Shown: in pieces, positions 20,601-33,086 of the stretch
Position numbering within the stretch: position 1 is the stretch's first letter
How the letters are laid out: every line of letters starts with the position of its first letter
DNA from: Balanoglossus misakiensis
Lineage: Eukaryota; Animalia; Hemichordata
DNA: 64,000 nt
Assembly (NCBI GenBank): GCA_040954595.2
Contig: CM082590.2
Location: forward strand, 9,388,088 to 9,452,087
Reading direction: 5' to 3'
Translations under genes and position numbers: made by a program
Notes under the pieces: model-generated
What the model was told of the DNA's origin: nothing
What the model saw: the letters and a program-made list of their open reading frames with translations, nothing else
Database searches by the model: none

Positions 20601-22427
20601 AGCCTTGGAACAACCTTTACCAGATTCTGAGATATCAGAAATTTGGAAAAAATATCTCACCAAATTAAAATGATTTTTACTTGTATAAAATGCGGCTTAC
20701 GGTATTTTTAAAATCAAATTGAATTTCGGACAGAAACTACTCGAGTTTAACCTTTTCACTATGATGGTTTGATCCAAAGCTACTGTTTTCTATGATAAAG
20801 TTGGACCTCTATACAGGGGAACTGGGGGTGAAAGGGTTAATAACAGCAAATCTGAGTCACCGCTACTGATATTGTCATCTGAAAATGGCTAAGTGCACAT
20901 CACAAGTAGATAAATTCTCAATTCTCAATTCTCAATTTCACATGGTAACCAAAAATCTAGTAATCTAGATCAAGCAAAGCCATGGGAATTTACAGAACAA
21001 AAATACAATATTAACATTTTCTATTTCCAACCCACACAGCTGTGCTCCTGTTCAATTTCTATTCTGACTTTAAATTGGTTTTTGGTAATACTAGCTTGGC
21101 GTCTGGGGATTAAATCGCAGCCAGGTATAATTACATTTTCCTGGTCTCCATCGCATAGTGGTGTACCTTGTTAAAGGTTTCTCAATCGGTAGGTATTAAA
21201 GGTATATGGTCACCTATGGAAATTAGCTATTATTATTTGTAAGACAATGCACACACTATAAAGCCAAATTTTAACCCTTTCACCACCATGGATTTTGTCC
21301 AAATCCATTGATTATATGGTAAATTTGGACCTCTATATATGAAAATAGGGAGTTTGGTGATAAATATAGTCATTTGTTTGGGGCACATGATTGCATCACC
21401 TTTGTGAAAACATTCTCTCTCTCTTTCAACTGGAATTGACCCCGACAGAAAAAGGGGTCACCTCATTATCTAAGGAATTGTGTTTATTCAGTGATTATTA
21501 GGAATCGACTTCTAGCAGTTTCAACAGAGAGCAATCACTAGGAAGACTGTCACACAATAACACATCTGTTGGCAGCTTTGAAACCTGCCAATCAAATCAT
21601 CTGGTGACCTTGGTATTTATACAAATAAAGTTTAATGGACTATATCACTACTGTTGTTGCCATTGTTATATTATTACGTACTTTGGCAAGTTTGGGTATA
21701 AATTCACAAAGAAAATTGATTAAGTCATCCCATGTCATTGTTTACACTCTCGACGAATTTCATTTCACTGTTGATTTCACCAACCGGAAAGGGGTGTGTT
21801 TATTTCAGTAGTCCATATCATTGTCTGTGTGCGAACAATATAAAAACTGCCACGCCCCCACGGGAACTCTCGTGAATTTAGACAAAATTTAAGCGGCTGT
21901 TTTTGAACTGTAGAGCTAGAGTTTACACAGAAGAGATTTTGCACTGTTATCGACGGTAATCAGTAAGCAGTCAGTTCGATCAGCTGATCATTGTTTACAG
22001 AGGTGTGATAAAGTGTGACACTGACAGTCTTATATCTCAAGTCACCTGGTGGTCGCTCGTTAATAACACCTTCACAAACCTCGCCTTAGCTTTAATTATT
22101 ATAAATATATAGCCACATTGTTAACTCGAAAAGCACCTTCAAAGCAAGCAATATACTTTCTATCAGTATAACGCTACAAAACTTTCATAGAGTTTCAAAA
22201 CATATGTAGATTTCAGCTCAACTTAGGATCAATGACTTTGCTTATGTACGTTTCAATGAAAGTTAGCTCTCTCCAAGGTCAGTGAACACAGAGCGCTGAC
22301 AAGCGGTCTCAGAGACAAATTTAAAACACTTTCTCAAAATCGAACAGCAGTTAAGGGTAATACTCATCTATATTGACAATATACTCACGATTCTGGAGAC
22401 CACTGGCGAGAATCGTCTCACTGCCAT
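14642..22427 (-). CDS. SHMT2: Serine hydroxymethyltransferase, mitochondrial type, multi-exon
   Basis: Exon 1 is an Arg/Ser-rich presequence, [13 protein letters not shown]|gtgagt. Conserved motifs follow: [14 protein letters not shown]...[12 protein letters not shown]|[31 protein letters not shown], the PLP-lysine motif [12 protein letters not shown] (~17250), [11 protein letters not shown] and [12 protein letters not shown]. The C-terminus YPMPGFEDH* resembles that of SHMT2. Confidence 0.95.
19413..19600. repeat. Minisatellite, 56-bp unit, about 3.3 copies, in SHMT2 intron 1
   Basis: GTATGGCCTA.TGCATTACTTTGAC...GAGAAACGTAAACCTGCACAG recurs at 19413, 19469, 19525 and 19580. Confidence 0.9.
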
Positions 22428-23174
22428 ATTGTTGCTTTCGAACGAGGAGCACTGTGGGAATCGATGACCTTGTTTGACATTTTCATAATCATCCATTTCA
22501 TGAACGTTGGTGGCGCTACGACACGACGTTTGACGGTCATATCATTTTTCAAGGTCATCCAGAATTATAGACCCTGGAATGCCAGGGTCTATAATTCTGG
22601 GCACCTTTATTATGACATATGTGCTGCCCATTAAATTGAAATTGTTGTTGCTGGCAAAATAAACTGGTAGTTTTCGCTTGTGATTAAACAGTCTGTGTTG
22701 AAAGTGTGTTAAAATATTAAAGACCTTTAATACAATCAAAAATACTAATACATGTAAAGTTAAAATTATGCACCAAATACACTACATCACTTATATCTAC
22801 TAGAATATTCTGAGGACTGCCTACTTTTTCAGGCTATTTTCCATGACTTTTTGAGGTTATAATTATCATTCTCCAGGAGTAAAATAATTTTGCATATGTT
22901 TTCCATAAAGTAATGATCCATTGTTTACCATAAGGGGTAAGTTACAACCACATTGTCGTCAATGATTTTCATTGTTGAAGTAACACTTAACACCTAATTT
23001 CATTTGCTAGCAACTGTGTCATATAGGACATATACCCCAACTGCAAAACTCTGAATAAACTTGTATGTCCAGACTATATAAAACTATAGCAAATTTCTGA
23101 GTATAGTGGTTTAGGTGTTTGCAAACAACCTTAACAAAGTAGAAAGAAGAAAACCACCTGCATGTTGTGCTCAT

Positions 23175-23290
23175 TTCTCTTTCTTTCTCTCTCTCTCTCT
23201 CTCTTTCTTTCTTTCCTTCTTTCTCTCTCTCTCTCTCTCTTTCTTTCTCTCTCTTTCTTTCTTTCTCTTTCTTTCTTTCATTCTTTGAAA
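23175..23290. repeat. CT/CTTT low-complexity microsatellite
   Basis: Directly visible. Confidence 0.85.
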
Positions 23291-23370
23291 CAGAAAGAAA
23301 AGAGAGCAACCAGAATCAACTTGAATTGTGACAGTGATTCTGTCCTTTACTGCAGCAGTATTCAACATGT

Positions 23371-26300
23371 TCAGCTTTCGACATCTGAATGTCCATGACC
23401 AAGTACCTCTTTACATTGGTCATACTTCTCAATATCCATTGTGATTTGGATGGATAAGTACCAGGCCCCGATCTCTTCCAGAGTCTTGTCGGTAATGGTG
23501 GTAGCTGTAATCAACTTGTTGAGCTTCAACGTTTCATAATGGTTCCACAGGCACTCAATGGCTTCCTGCGACCTGCAGATCACTGAATAAACTCCGTCGT
23601 CACTCTCTTGAACTTCCACAGACAGGTCCTGGTGCAAGCCATTTAACTTTTCTGGTGTATCAACCAGAACTTCCTGAAGCTTGAAGTAATTCCTTTCTAC
23701 TTCAGCCATACTATATCCTCTATCTGGTACTCCACCTTTCAGCAGGACATGAATTTGGATCTCACCTGGTGGCAGTATAACAAATCAATTGTGAGCTCAT
23801 ATGAAATTTACCATACTAGCATGTCATATGATAACGTTTGCCTTAATAGACAATGCTTGTACATTTACAGCACTGTACGGTATACAGTCCTGTATATGTA
23901 TACATACAGTGCTGTGACAGGCAAAATGTCAGACTGTCACAACTTAGTGTCCACAGGACTGCAAGCAATCGCTATACAGCCAAGTGCTGTCATTTTTTTA
24001 ACACACCATATACCCGTACCAAAGGGTTGTATATAGGGACGGTCAGGTTCATACATGTATTTTGCCAGTACAATATTGCGTTGTATTCACAAACCAAAAC
24101 TTTATATTTAACATTTCAGTACACCTTCAAAATTAAAGTCTTTTTCTCATCTTTAGACTTATAATACTGAGAGAGAAAAAAATTAAGTCTCCATGCGACA
24201 TTGGTTTCGAAAGATCAACACTGCATTGCAACACAATTTATATGTTTTACCTTGGGATGTTGATTCGTCATTATTGTCTTCACAAAGTGTCGGCGACATT
24301 AAATTTCTCTGTACAGACACAGCAGGTGTATATATGGAACTTCTTATGCTGAATGGATCTGAGATGAAATACATGTATAATTGAACTATAGTTAACAGGA
24401 GAATGACATCAATCTTGTCTCAGGGAAGGGCTCTACGTTTTGACAAGGGTCACAATCTATAGGTATTTCTGTAGCAAGTAATTTTTGTACTACAGTTGTG
24501 TCTCACAAGTTTGAACACTACAATTAAGCCAAAGTCTCATGTCACCAAAATGATGCCATTGAATTAACTTGCTGTTTGTCACGAATTACAGTTTACATAA
24601 ACAGACTGTTGCAATTATTGAAATGTACATGTGAAATGTATAATACACTTCCAGCCTATAGCTAATTGTCATAATTAGTTTCGTATGTGAAAAACCATTA
24701 TGGCCACTACATGATGTATCTTTAAAATTACATATAAATTCTATCATTTGCCTGAGAATTGGCTCAGAGTGGATGGACATGCAGATAGATGGATGGAGCC
24801 CTGTCAACAATGTACAAGCGGGATTAACAAAACTCACCATACATATAGCTAGCATACTTAACTCGAGATCTACTTCTAGGACCGCCATATCTCTCAGCCA
24901 TATCATCTTCAGACCTTGCCCGTGCTGGGGCCCTTAATACAGATGAATCTGAGTGTTTGAACCAAACAAAAATAGATTACATGTACATAATGTATTAATT
25001 GTTTGCAAAAACTCACCAAAACTGGAAACCCTGCCTGCAGTGTCTATACTCACATGAACAAAATAAATTTCAAATGACAGTACTTGAAAGACGGAGATTG
25101 TTTTTGTTAATCGCAAATTACATGAATTAAATCAGGTGTAAACATTTGTATTTTACATACAATAAAAATGACTCCTGGACATATTTGCTGATTTTGGTAT
25201 TGTTGTGTCCTTCTTGATTAGCTTGGCTACATTGCGGTTGGTACCATCGATTGATGTGATGACGCTGTCTCTCAATATATTTTTAACTTCTTCCATTCTT
25301 TGTGCTGTAACATCAGATTTTCTTAAGACCGATATGATCCTTCTTTTGAATTCTTGTGTATCATTCATGTCGACAGAAAGTTGTTCCTCGTGTTGCGGGA
25401 AGTACTTTTTGATCAATTCATGACAGGATGAGTTCTTGTCCACCAGAAGAGGTATTCCCATAGCTATTGCTGTCAGGGCAAGATGATACGAATTCATCCC
25501 AGGGGATGATGGGATCAGAACAAGATGGGACCACTTAAGTTCCCGTTCAGTATTTTTGATGGACGTTGGAAGAGAGGAAGGATTGATCTTTGCTTGTTTG
25601 TGAGAAGTGAGAAGCTCGCGAATTCTTCCTTCCTGGGCTTCGGGCACACCAAGTATTTTCCATGAAGGTAGTTTGAAATGATGCAGATCAAACTCTTCAA
25701 CGACTGAATTGAATGCCTGGGCCATCACCTGGTGGTTTTTCTTGTTTTCCAAATCATATGTCTCAAGAAATGAAATTATTTGCATAGATCCGCCCGGTCT
25801 GTGTGTTGCTTGAAATTTGAAACACTTCTTATCTGGTGTGTTCAAAAGAATAAAATGCTTGTCATCATCTGTAATTCTTTGGGAGAAAAAATCAAACGTT
25901 TGGAGATCAAGAGAAACCACAGTGGTAGCTTTCTCCATTTCATCAAACAAAATTTCAACTTGTTCATGAAATTCATCATTTGTGGCATCTATGATACTTG
26001 GGGGAATGCCCTCTGAAGGCCAAAGATTTGTGATGTAATATTTTGAAGATGAAAAGATATCTTTTCGTATGACACCAGTTGCTTCTGATGTTGCCAAACC
26101 CAGACTGACAATGAGCTTTATATTCATATCTTTCAAATGAGGAAAATATGACTGATGTGCAAGCAACCATTGGCGGCGAGGTTTATCACGTTTTAGAGTA
26201 CCTATTGGCTTTGGACATATTAATTCTATGTGAAATTCTCGGGCCTCCTTTCGCTGCGTCTCTGTCATTTCTAAGACAGTGTAATAGACTTTCAACCCTA

Positions 26301-26406
26301 TTGAATGGCAGATGCGTGCAAGGAGTATTGCGGCTCCCGGACTACCTCCCTGAAATGGACAACCCCATCTGTCACCTATGATCAATACACCTGGTGGCTC
26401 ACTCAT
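23371..26406 (-). CDS. GT-B fold (GT4/Glycos_transf_1-like) domain plus C-terminal TRADD-N-like domain protein
   Basis: A large exon of about 1.25 kb starts MSEPPGVLIIGDRWG..GG and ends in a GT4-like C-lobe, SHLVLIPS...LALTAIAMGIPLLVDKNSS. Small phase-1 linker exons lie at ~25018-25044, ~24838-24948 and ~24251-24358. The last exon (23765-23371) reads GEIQIHVLLKGG...VICRSQEAIECLWNHY...ITDKTLEEIGAWYLSIQITMDIEKYDQCKEVL, which is TRADD-N-like by my recognition. Confidence 0.7.
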
Positions 26407-29400
26407 CTTAGACCTGTTAAAGTAATCAAAACACAAGAGCATTCTGACATTTGGTGTTTCAGTAATTGCTTGTGTATATAGTCGAGACATTAGCCAAAAA
26501 ATACCTTTAGTCACTATAGATTTGTAAATTTGTTCATAAATTTACCATGTTGTACAAATCAGTTGACTATACAGGCAAAAACAACAAATCAAACATCAGG
26601 TTGCCTACTCGTATGGCGTGTGTGGTCATATGACTGCACCGCCTCCTAATGCAGCCAAAACTGGACACTCTCACCAGATACATACAGGTCTGTGTCATGA
26701 TTTGTGGCAAGAAAATGTCCCAGCACTGTAGATGTGGCCACGTCAAGATTCATTAATGTACAATGCATCAATCAATATCAAATTGGAGCTTTAGAAAACA
26801 TTTGTTGTGCAAAAAAAAACAGTCTTGCTTGCTCCCTCCTTCTGCCATTAAAACTGAATAGGCACATGTGTAGCCTACATGAGTCTCTCGCCATCATTCT
26901 TGAGAAATAAAAGCACATTGCTATATATGAAAAACAGAAGTTCAAACTTACAAGTATTTCAGGTATGGTATCACTATTCTTGGTCACTGGAGATGTAATA
27001 CGTCAGCTGAACACAAGATCGAAATTGGTAATTTTGGACGAGAAAGACCAGTATTACACAGTGCCCACCAACAGAAACAGCAAGTCAAAAGAACGCTTAA
27101 CCTGTTAACCATTAACCAGTAATTTTGTCAGGTTTTGCAAAGTAATAATCAATCAATAGTAGGTGTGGTTTACAGAGAAACCAATCACTGGTGATGGCGT
27201 CTATGACAATCATACAGGTACATTCCTTATACCCCATTTGTGAGTTTAGGTGCAGTAAGTCTGGGTTCCTGTAAAATACAAGGTGATTTCACTATGTTTA
27301 TAGGATGGAATGCGTCTCTTTATACTTCATGCTGTTTATGATCAAATCAATCAATCAAAATTTCAAGAGTTGGGCAAAGGTCAGAAGATACTTTTGAACA
27401 CTGCGTCAATTATTCACTTACTTGTTTGTTTGCAACTTGAAACTTTTATAGCATGTTGTATACTTCATTTTATGAAAGTATAAACGGCTAAATACATTTT
27501 TCTGCACTTTCAAGACTTTTGATGATTTTTCTGGAGCGGTTGCAAATTCAAGGACTGCAGGGTTTCCCTGTTGTGTAAAAATCCTGTCAGCTCAGTATCA
27601 GAAGTTCAACAGCCACAACATTCCATTTCAAACAGATTTTTATTCAACTCAAAGCAACTCTACAACACTCCAAGCATCTGAAAATAAACTCAGGAATGTC
27701 TTGGCAGCAACTGTCTTCAACCATTCACAAAAAATAATCTCACAGAAAAGAAATTAGAGATACAACACTGGCCTGATACATTTGCAACAAAAAGTAGAAA
27801 GAATACTCCATGTCAACCCCTATTTACTCAAAACGTATAGACTAATCCAGTTCAATTTGTGATGGATCAAACCATGCAAGAGAAATATAGGGGTGTTAGC
27901 ATGGATGCCAAAATGCCTGTAAATGTACTTATTTCAGGAGGGCAGTTGCAATCTTGGAAATGGAAGTTTTTGTCGTGGCAACTATGCCTAAGGAACCTGC
28001 TTGAGAATTTTTTTTTAATGTGCGCATAAATTTATTTTTACCCTGTATTAATAGCTGTTAAGCAAAGTTGAACCCTTTCCACCCCATTTGTAAGTGTGTG
28101 GTTCCAACTCAGCATTGGAAAGAAAAGGATAGAACCAAATTAAATTGATCTTAAGGTGACAACACCCGTAACGGATTTTATCAGGTTGGTTCGTATGTTT
28201 ACCCATTCAACTGTAGATAGTGGATTTATCCCATTGTTTTCAATGTTTTGACCATATTACAGTTCTCAGGGGTGGGCAGGTATATTTTACACACAAGTGG
28301 CAGTCTGAGAAACATTGTAAACAGTAGTGCACTATACTCTGCGTGTTCAAAAAAAAAATAGAGAAAAAGAAAAAAAAACATCAAAAAGAACACTTTTCAT
28401 CTTCGAGGTAGCAGAAATGTTAGTGAAGTTTTCTGTCAATGTACTTTCGTCCTTGTGTTGAAAAAATACAGCACAGATCTGAAGTTCACTCTGATGTCTT
28501 GACCGTGAAATGTGAAACTGCAACTACACAGATTATGCTTTGACAAGACTTTTGCATAATACATAGATATGAATCCCAACTATTGTACTCGATGTCACAT
28601 TACAAGAAAACTTGTCATATGAAAATTTCATCAAACCTCAAAAATCAAGTTACCACTTTACATGTATGTAAAATCTAAGTGAAAATGTGTACCTTAATCA
28701 TGTACTGTTTCTGTCTGTAATTGTGATATTTATTAATGTAATAATATCATTGTAATATCCTGGCATTATGAAATCCCTGTCTTAAACAAGTAGAAATTGA
28801 TGAAGTACATATCGGCTACCTCAAAGGTCATGTAACTTACAAACATCAAAACTTGTATGTATGACTTGGGGAGTGAGAAAATAGAAAGTTTTCTTGCCAT
28901 ATTGACAGTGAAAGATATCAGAAAAAAAGAAAAGAAAAATTTCTTAACACACAAGAATGATCAAAATACTTGGTCTATCAGATAGATATTTTGATGAGAT
29001 TTTGTTCTGTGAACTGCTGAAGATCGTGTGAAAGGACCACTTCAACCGACACTGGTGCACCAGAAAACCCACCCTTTCTGCTCTCCAACACCCCATGCAT
29101 CACAATGGACTGTTCCATGACAATACAGTTGGTAGTGATCATTACTTCATGGAGGGGGTGGAGGAGAGAAACAGGTAGGGTGAAGAATGAACATTGTGGT
29201 TATTAGAAAACAATCATCAAGTCAAACTTCCCTTGGGTCAAAGTTCAAAATATCTCACTTGAAGTTTTTACTACATGAATATTTAATTTGTTTGCATTAC
29301 AAGAAATAATTTTTTTTTTAATTTCATTTTTGTCTTTTTTTTTTGTTCTTTTGAATCAATCGAAGCGGTCAGTTAATTTATTTTTTTCTCCTCGATTTGA

Positions 29401-29533
29401 AACAACCCTGATGTACCATATTTAAAGAGAAAGCTATCTTGCTCTTTTACAATCGTCTATTACCGACAAAATATACATTTGTACTTTTCGATAACACAGC
29501 TGCATTTCGCAGATTTGTTCTGTCTCACATATT

Positions 29534-32500
29534 TTACTTCTCCTCGTAGCTTGGGTACCTCTGCTTCAGGTTGGCATAGTCGATGCTGCCAGCAGCGTAA
29601 AACTGTAAGAAAAAAATACACAAAATTTCGTTTGAATATAAAACAGATATTTTTATCTACAAATGTAGTATGAAACTTTCAACAGTTGCCCTGCAATAGA
29701 CCACTGATGTAATCTTAGACTGACAAGTGGGCCATCCCAAGCAGAAAGGGGTCTTATATGGGAGCGTGATACCATAAGACCCCTTTGTTCTTGGGATGGC
29801 CCAAGTTCAATTAGCACATTTTGACCTTGAATGCTGAAGTAAAACAGTGACTCTATTCTTGAGTGTACATTTCATGTTAATCGAAGTCAAATGACAAGCG
29901 ATATAACCAGAAATAAAGTTATCCAAAACATGATATTCCAACTGCAAGCACAGAGTGGGACAGAGCTCAACTAGAGCGAGTAAATAAACCACAGCAGGAA
30001 CTTTGATTAAGCCCTGAAATCAACACGACTACCACTTTGCCTTGAATACATTACATGCAATCAACACATGTAGGATATCGCTTTCTGCGACTCATTTCAA
30101 GTGGACATGCTGATATTGTGCTACACTGCCTAGTTCCCCCCTTCTCAAATTTCTAACAGTGGTCGACAGATGGTTGAGGTCACAGTCCCAACTCGAAGGC
30201 TACGTGCAAAATCACAAAGAACCTGGCCGGGGGTAGAAGAATTCTCTCTACAGGGTTATGACCCCTTCACCCACCATTTAGCTATTATTAGTATGTCCCT
30301 GTATTCAGGTCCATCTTTGCCATTGAAATCAATTGGACTGGGCAAATCCATTATGGTAAAAGGGGTTAAAATGGCACAATCCTACCAGACTTTTTTATGT
30401 GAGTGTGAAAATGTTATGACAACTCCTAACGTTTTATATCGCTAGTGAAACGTGTTAAACTGTTAATAATCCCAAACAACACTCGCAATGAAAGAAATAG
30501 TTCGCACAGCTGCTAATGTAAAGAGCCAAACACAAAACAGTCACGGCTCTATCATCAGATTTCACTACTTCAAGATTTCCATTTCCAAGGACTGTGATGA
30601 CTGGTTTAAAAATCCACAACTTTTAAAAAGGATTTTCTAGACGAGCATAAACCTTGTACCATTGTTATACCAACTGCTCTTGGGCGGGGACGAACAGTCA
30701 AGCCAGTCTACCTTTCCCAAGGACAAAAACATGAAAACTAGACAGTGCCCTCAACTTTCATATCCTCTATTCGCCAGTTCAGTGGCCGAGTTACTGACCT
30801 GCGAGATTCCATAACAAATACTTATTAGTATTCAACACACACACTCACACATTTATTACAAACATATGCCGACTCTGAATAATAATAATACATGAAAAAT
30901 ATAAAATCAAGAAATTTGACTTACTTTGATATTTTCGTTGGGCTTGATTTTAGTCCATGGGTAGGGGTTGCTACCCCTGAACCATCTGAAATATAAATTA
31001 GAAATAATTAATATTTTCTTAAAGCTCCATTAGCTGCAACTTTTTGATATGTTTTCAGTATTTTGTTTTGTTTATCTATTAGTTTCTTGTTCAAATTCCT
31101 GAAGCATAATGAAATGCCCAGTATCCAGTTTATAAACACAACCTATAAGAATGTTTTCAGACAGTTTCCAAGGTTAAAACCCTTTCAGCTTCCTGTCTGC
31201 AAAACACAATGGATACAAGATACCTTGAACCAATGCTTTACGTGCAACATTACAAAGAAACCCTTATAACTCACAACGACAGGAGTGTGGTTTTACAAAA
31301 GAAACACAATGCCCCATAGTATTCAAATCCTGAGACAATTGAAAACAACACCAGTCTAAATACCTCCTACATAGTACAAATGTACATACTGTACATAGAA
31401 ATACAAGTTTGCTTGTACATATACATGTACAAAATCACGGTATGGAACAAACGCATTGAAATAAATACTTACGTAGCATCAGGGTTCTTGGTGGCCAGTC
31501 TAGCAACGTACCAGGCAGCAAATAAAGCTCCACCTCCAACGCATGCAAAGAGTGGCACCAACTGAAATAACAAAGATGCAAGTTATATTTTATGTTCTAC
31601 CGTACTGTGGCCCGTAAAGCTACTAATGTCCCCTAGCATAATAGTTAATACATCTCTGTCATTCAAATGTGCCTTTAGGCTGTAGTGTCTATGAATTTAA
31701 TGTTAAACTGGGCAGGGTTCTATAATGTGAATCACGTTCAAATTTCTCCAAAACAGCCCACGTTCGCTCGCAAATTCAAACAACAACTGATAAAATACAA
31801 ATAATTAGTGCATCTTTGCTTCAGAATGATCAGTTCAATCAGTTGATTGATGGATGAGAAAAAAATGCCAAGTTTTATTCACAGGGATCATGTATTTAAA
31901 TATTTCTCTGGTACAACAAGTATTGTCACTTTCGCGACCATAAAACTTGTTTACATTTTTCGCTCTGATCGAAGGGTCAATGCACGTTTGGATGAAAGTT
32001 AAAATCTCAATTCTGTCACGTCCGCTCCCAACAACCAATGAAAAAGCAGCCCTGTACAATAAGCTTATAATAAAATGTACATCAATAGAGATGAACGCAT
32101 CTGTTTCGAGCGTACCATGACTCAGTAAAATCTAGGGTCCAATTTTTATGTATTGAGCACAGCGATCTCTAACTGGTTAATCAGCAGGATGCTGACAAGA
32201 CATTTAGACAACAACCTCGTACTCATTTTATGTCAAGGACATAGCCTATTGATTATGCACAGTCAATCTGATACAGTGGTATCTACAACACCATTTTATC
32301 ACCAATCACCTGTTTTATACTATTCGTCAAACTGCAGATGTATCTAAACCTAGCACACAAAAACAATCATATTTACATATTCACTATTACATTACAGGTG
32401 CACAAAATATGATACCTCATTCATAACATTGTTTAAATTTGTTTGGCAATCAAATTCACGAAAGAATCTCTGTCTCCAATGTTATCAAAACCAGTGATGA

Positions 32501-32623
32501 CCCAGCAACCCTATGAAGGTCACACAATATTATCTTACAGTTATATTCGACAAAACACTTTGATCAAATCATACTCACCGAATAATGACCCTTAAGGGTT
32601 CTCATTGTAAGTCCTTGCATCAT
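29534..32623 (-). CDS. NDUFA4: Cytochrome c oxidase subunit NDUFA4 (COXFA4/B12D family), 4 small exons
   Basis: Spliced model: MMQGLTMRTLKGHYS (32623-32579) | LVPLFACVGGGALFAAWYVARLATKNPDAT (~31561-31473) | WFRGSNPYPWTKIKPNENIK (~30985-30925) | FYAAGSIDYANLKQRYPSYEEK* (~29602-29534). All junctions are GT-AG and in frame. Confidence 0.92.
29729..29802. mobile_element. 74-bp hairpin MITE with 4-bp TSD (AAGT) and GGG..CCC ends
   Basis: AAGT|GGGCCATCCCAAG..AAAGGGGTCTTAT-loop-ATAAGACCCCTTT..CTTGGGATGGCCC|AAGT. Confidence 0.7.
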
Positions 32624-33086
32624 CTTGAATTACTTCGCAGAAACAGACAAACTTCACGAGCAAATGTCGATTTCGTGTTGTCAGCTCAGTTGCAAAACCC
32701 AATATGCTGCTGAGGTAGCGTTGCGTGTATGACACCCTAACCTCAGCAAAAATGATACCGTGGTGGCGCTGTGAAATTAGACATCTTGTCGCGTTTCTTC
32801 AAAAAGTGCTCGAAAAACGACCGCGGTCCGGTATTCTTATCATAATTAACACAACATATTATTTTTAATGACAGACAAGGAATGAACCACATGACAGTTT
32901 TGAGGGAAATTTAAGATTTTATCGTAAATAAAGAAAAATGGTGGGCGCAGAGGGTCAAGAATAGGACCCGGATGTCCACAGCTGAGCAATGTACAAGCAT
33001 GGACAATATAAATGAATTTCACTGAAACGATTAAGACTACACCGCCGTATCAATATCTGAGGACATTCTGAAACGGAATTTGTGAG
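32624..33086. promoter_or_regulatory. Bidirectional promoter and 5' UTRs of NDUFA4 and PHF14
   Basis: Only about 460 bp separate the divergent start codons (32623 on -, 33087 on +); CpG is locally enriched. Confidence 0.75.

Noticed and set aside
26520-29300. Additional gene between the GT gene and NDUFA4
   Set aside because: Only short ORFs and repeat fragments are present; the region is more likely 5'UTR introns or promoter of the GT gene and the NDUFA4 3' flank.
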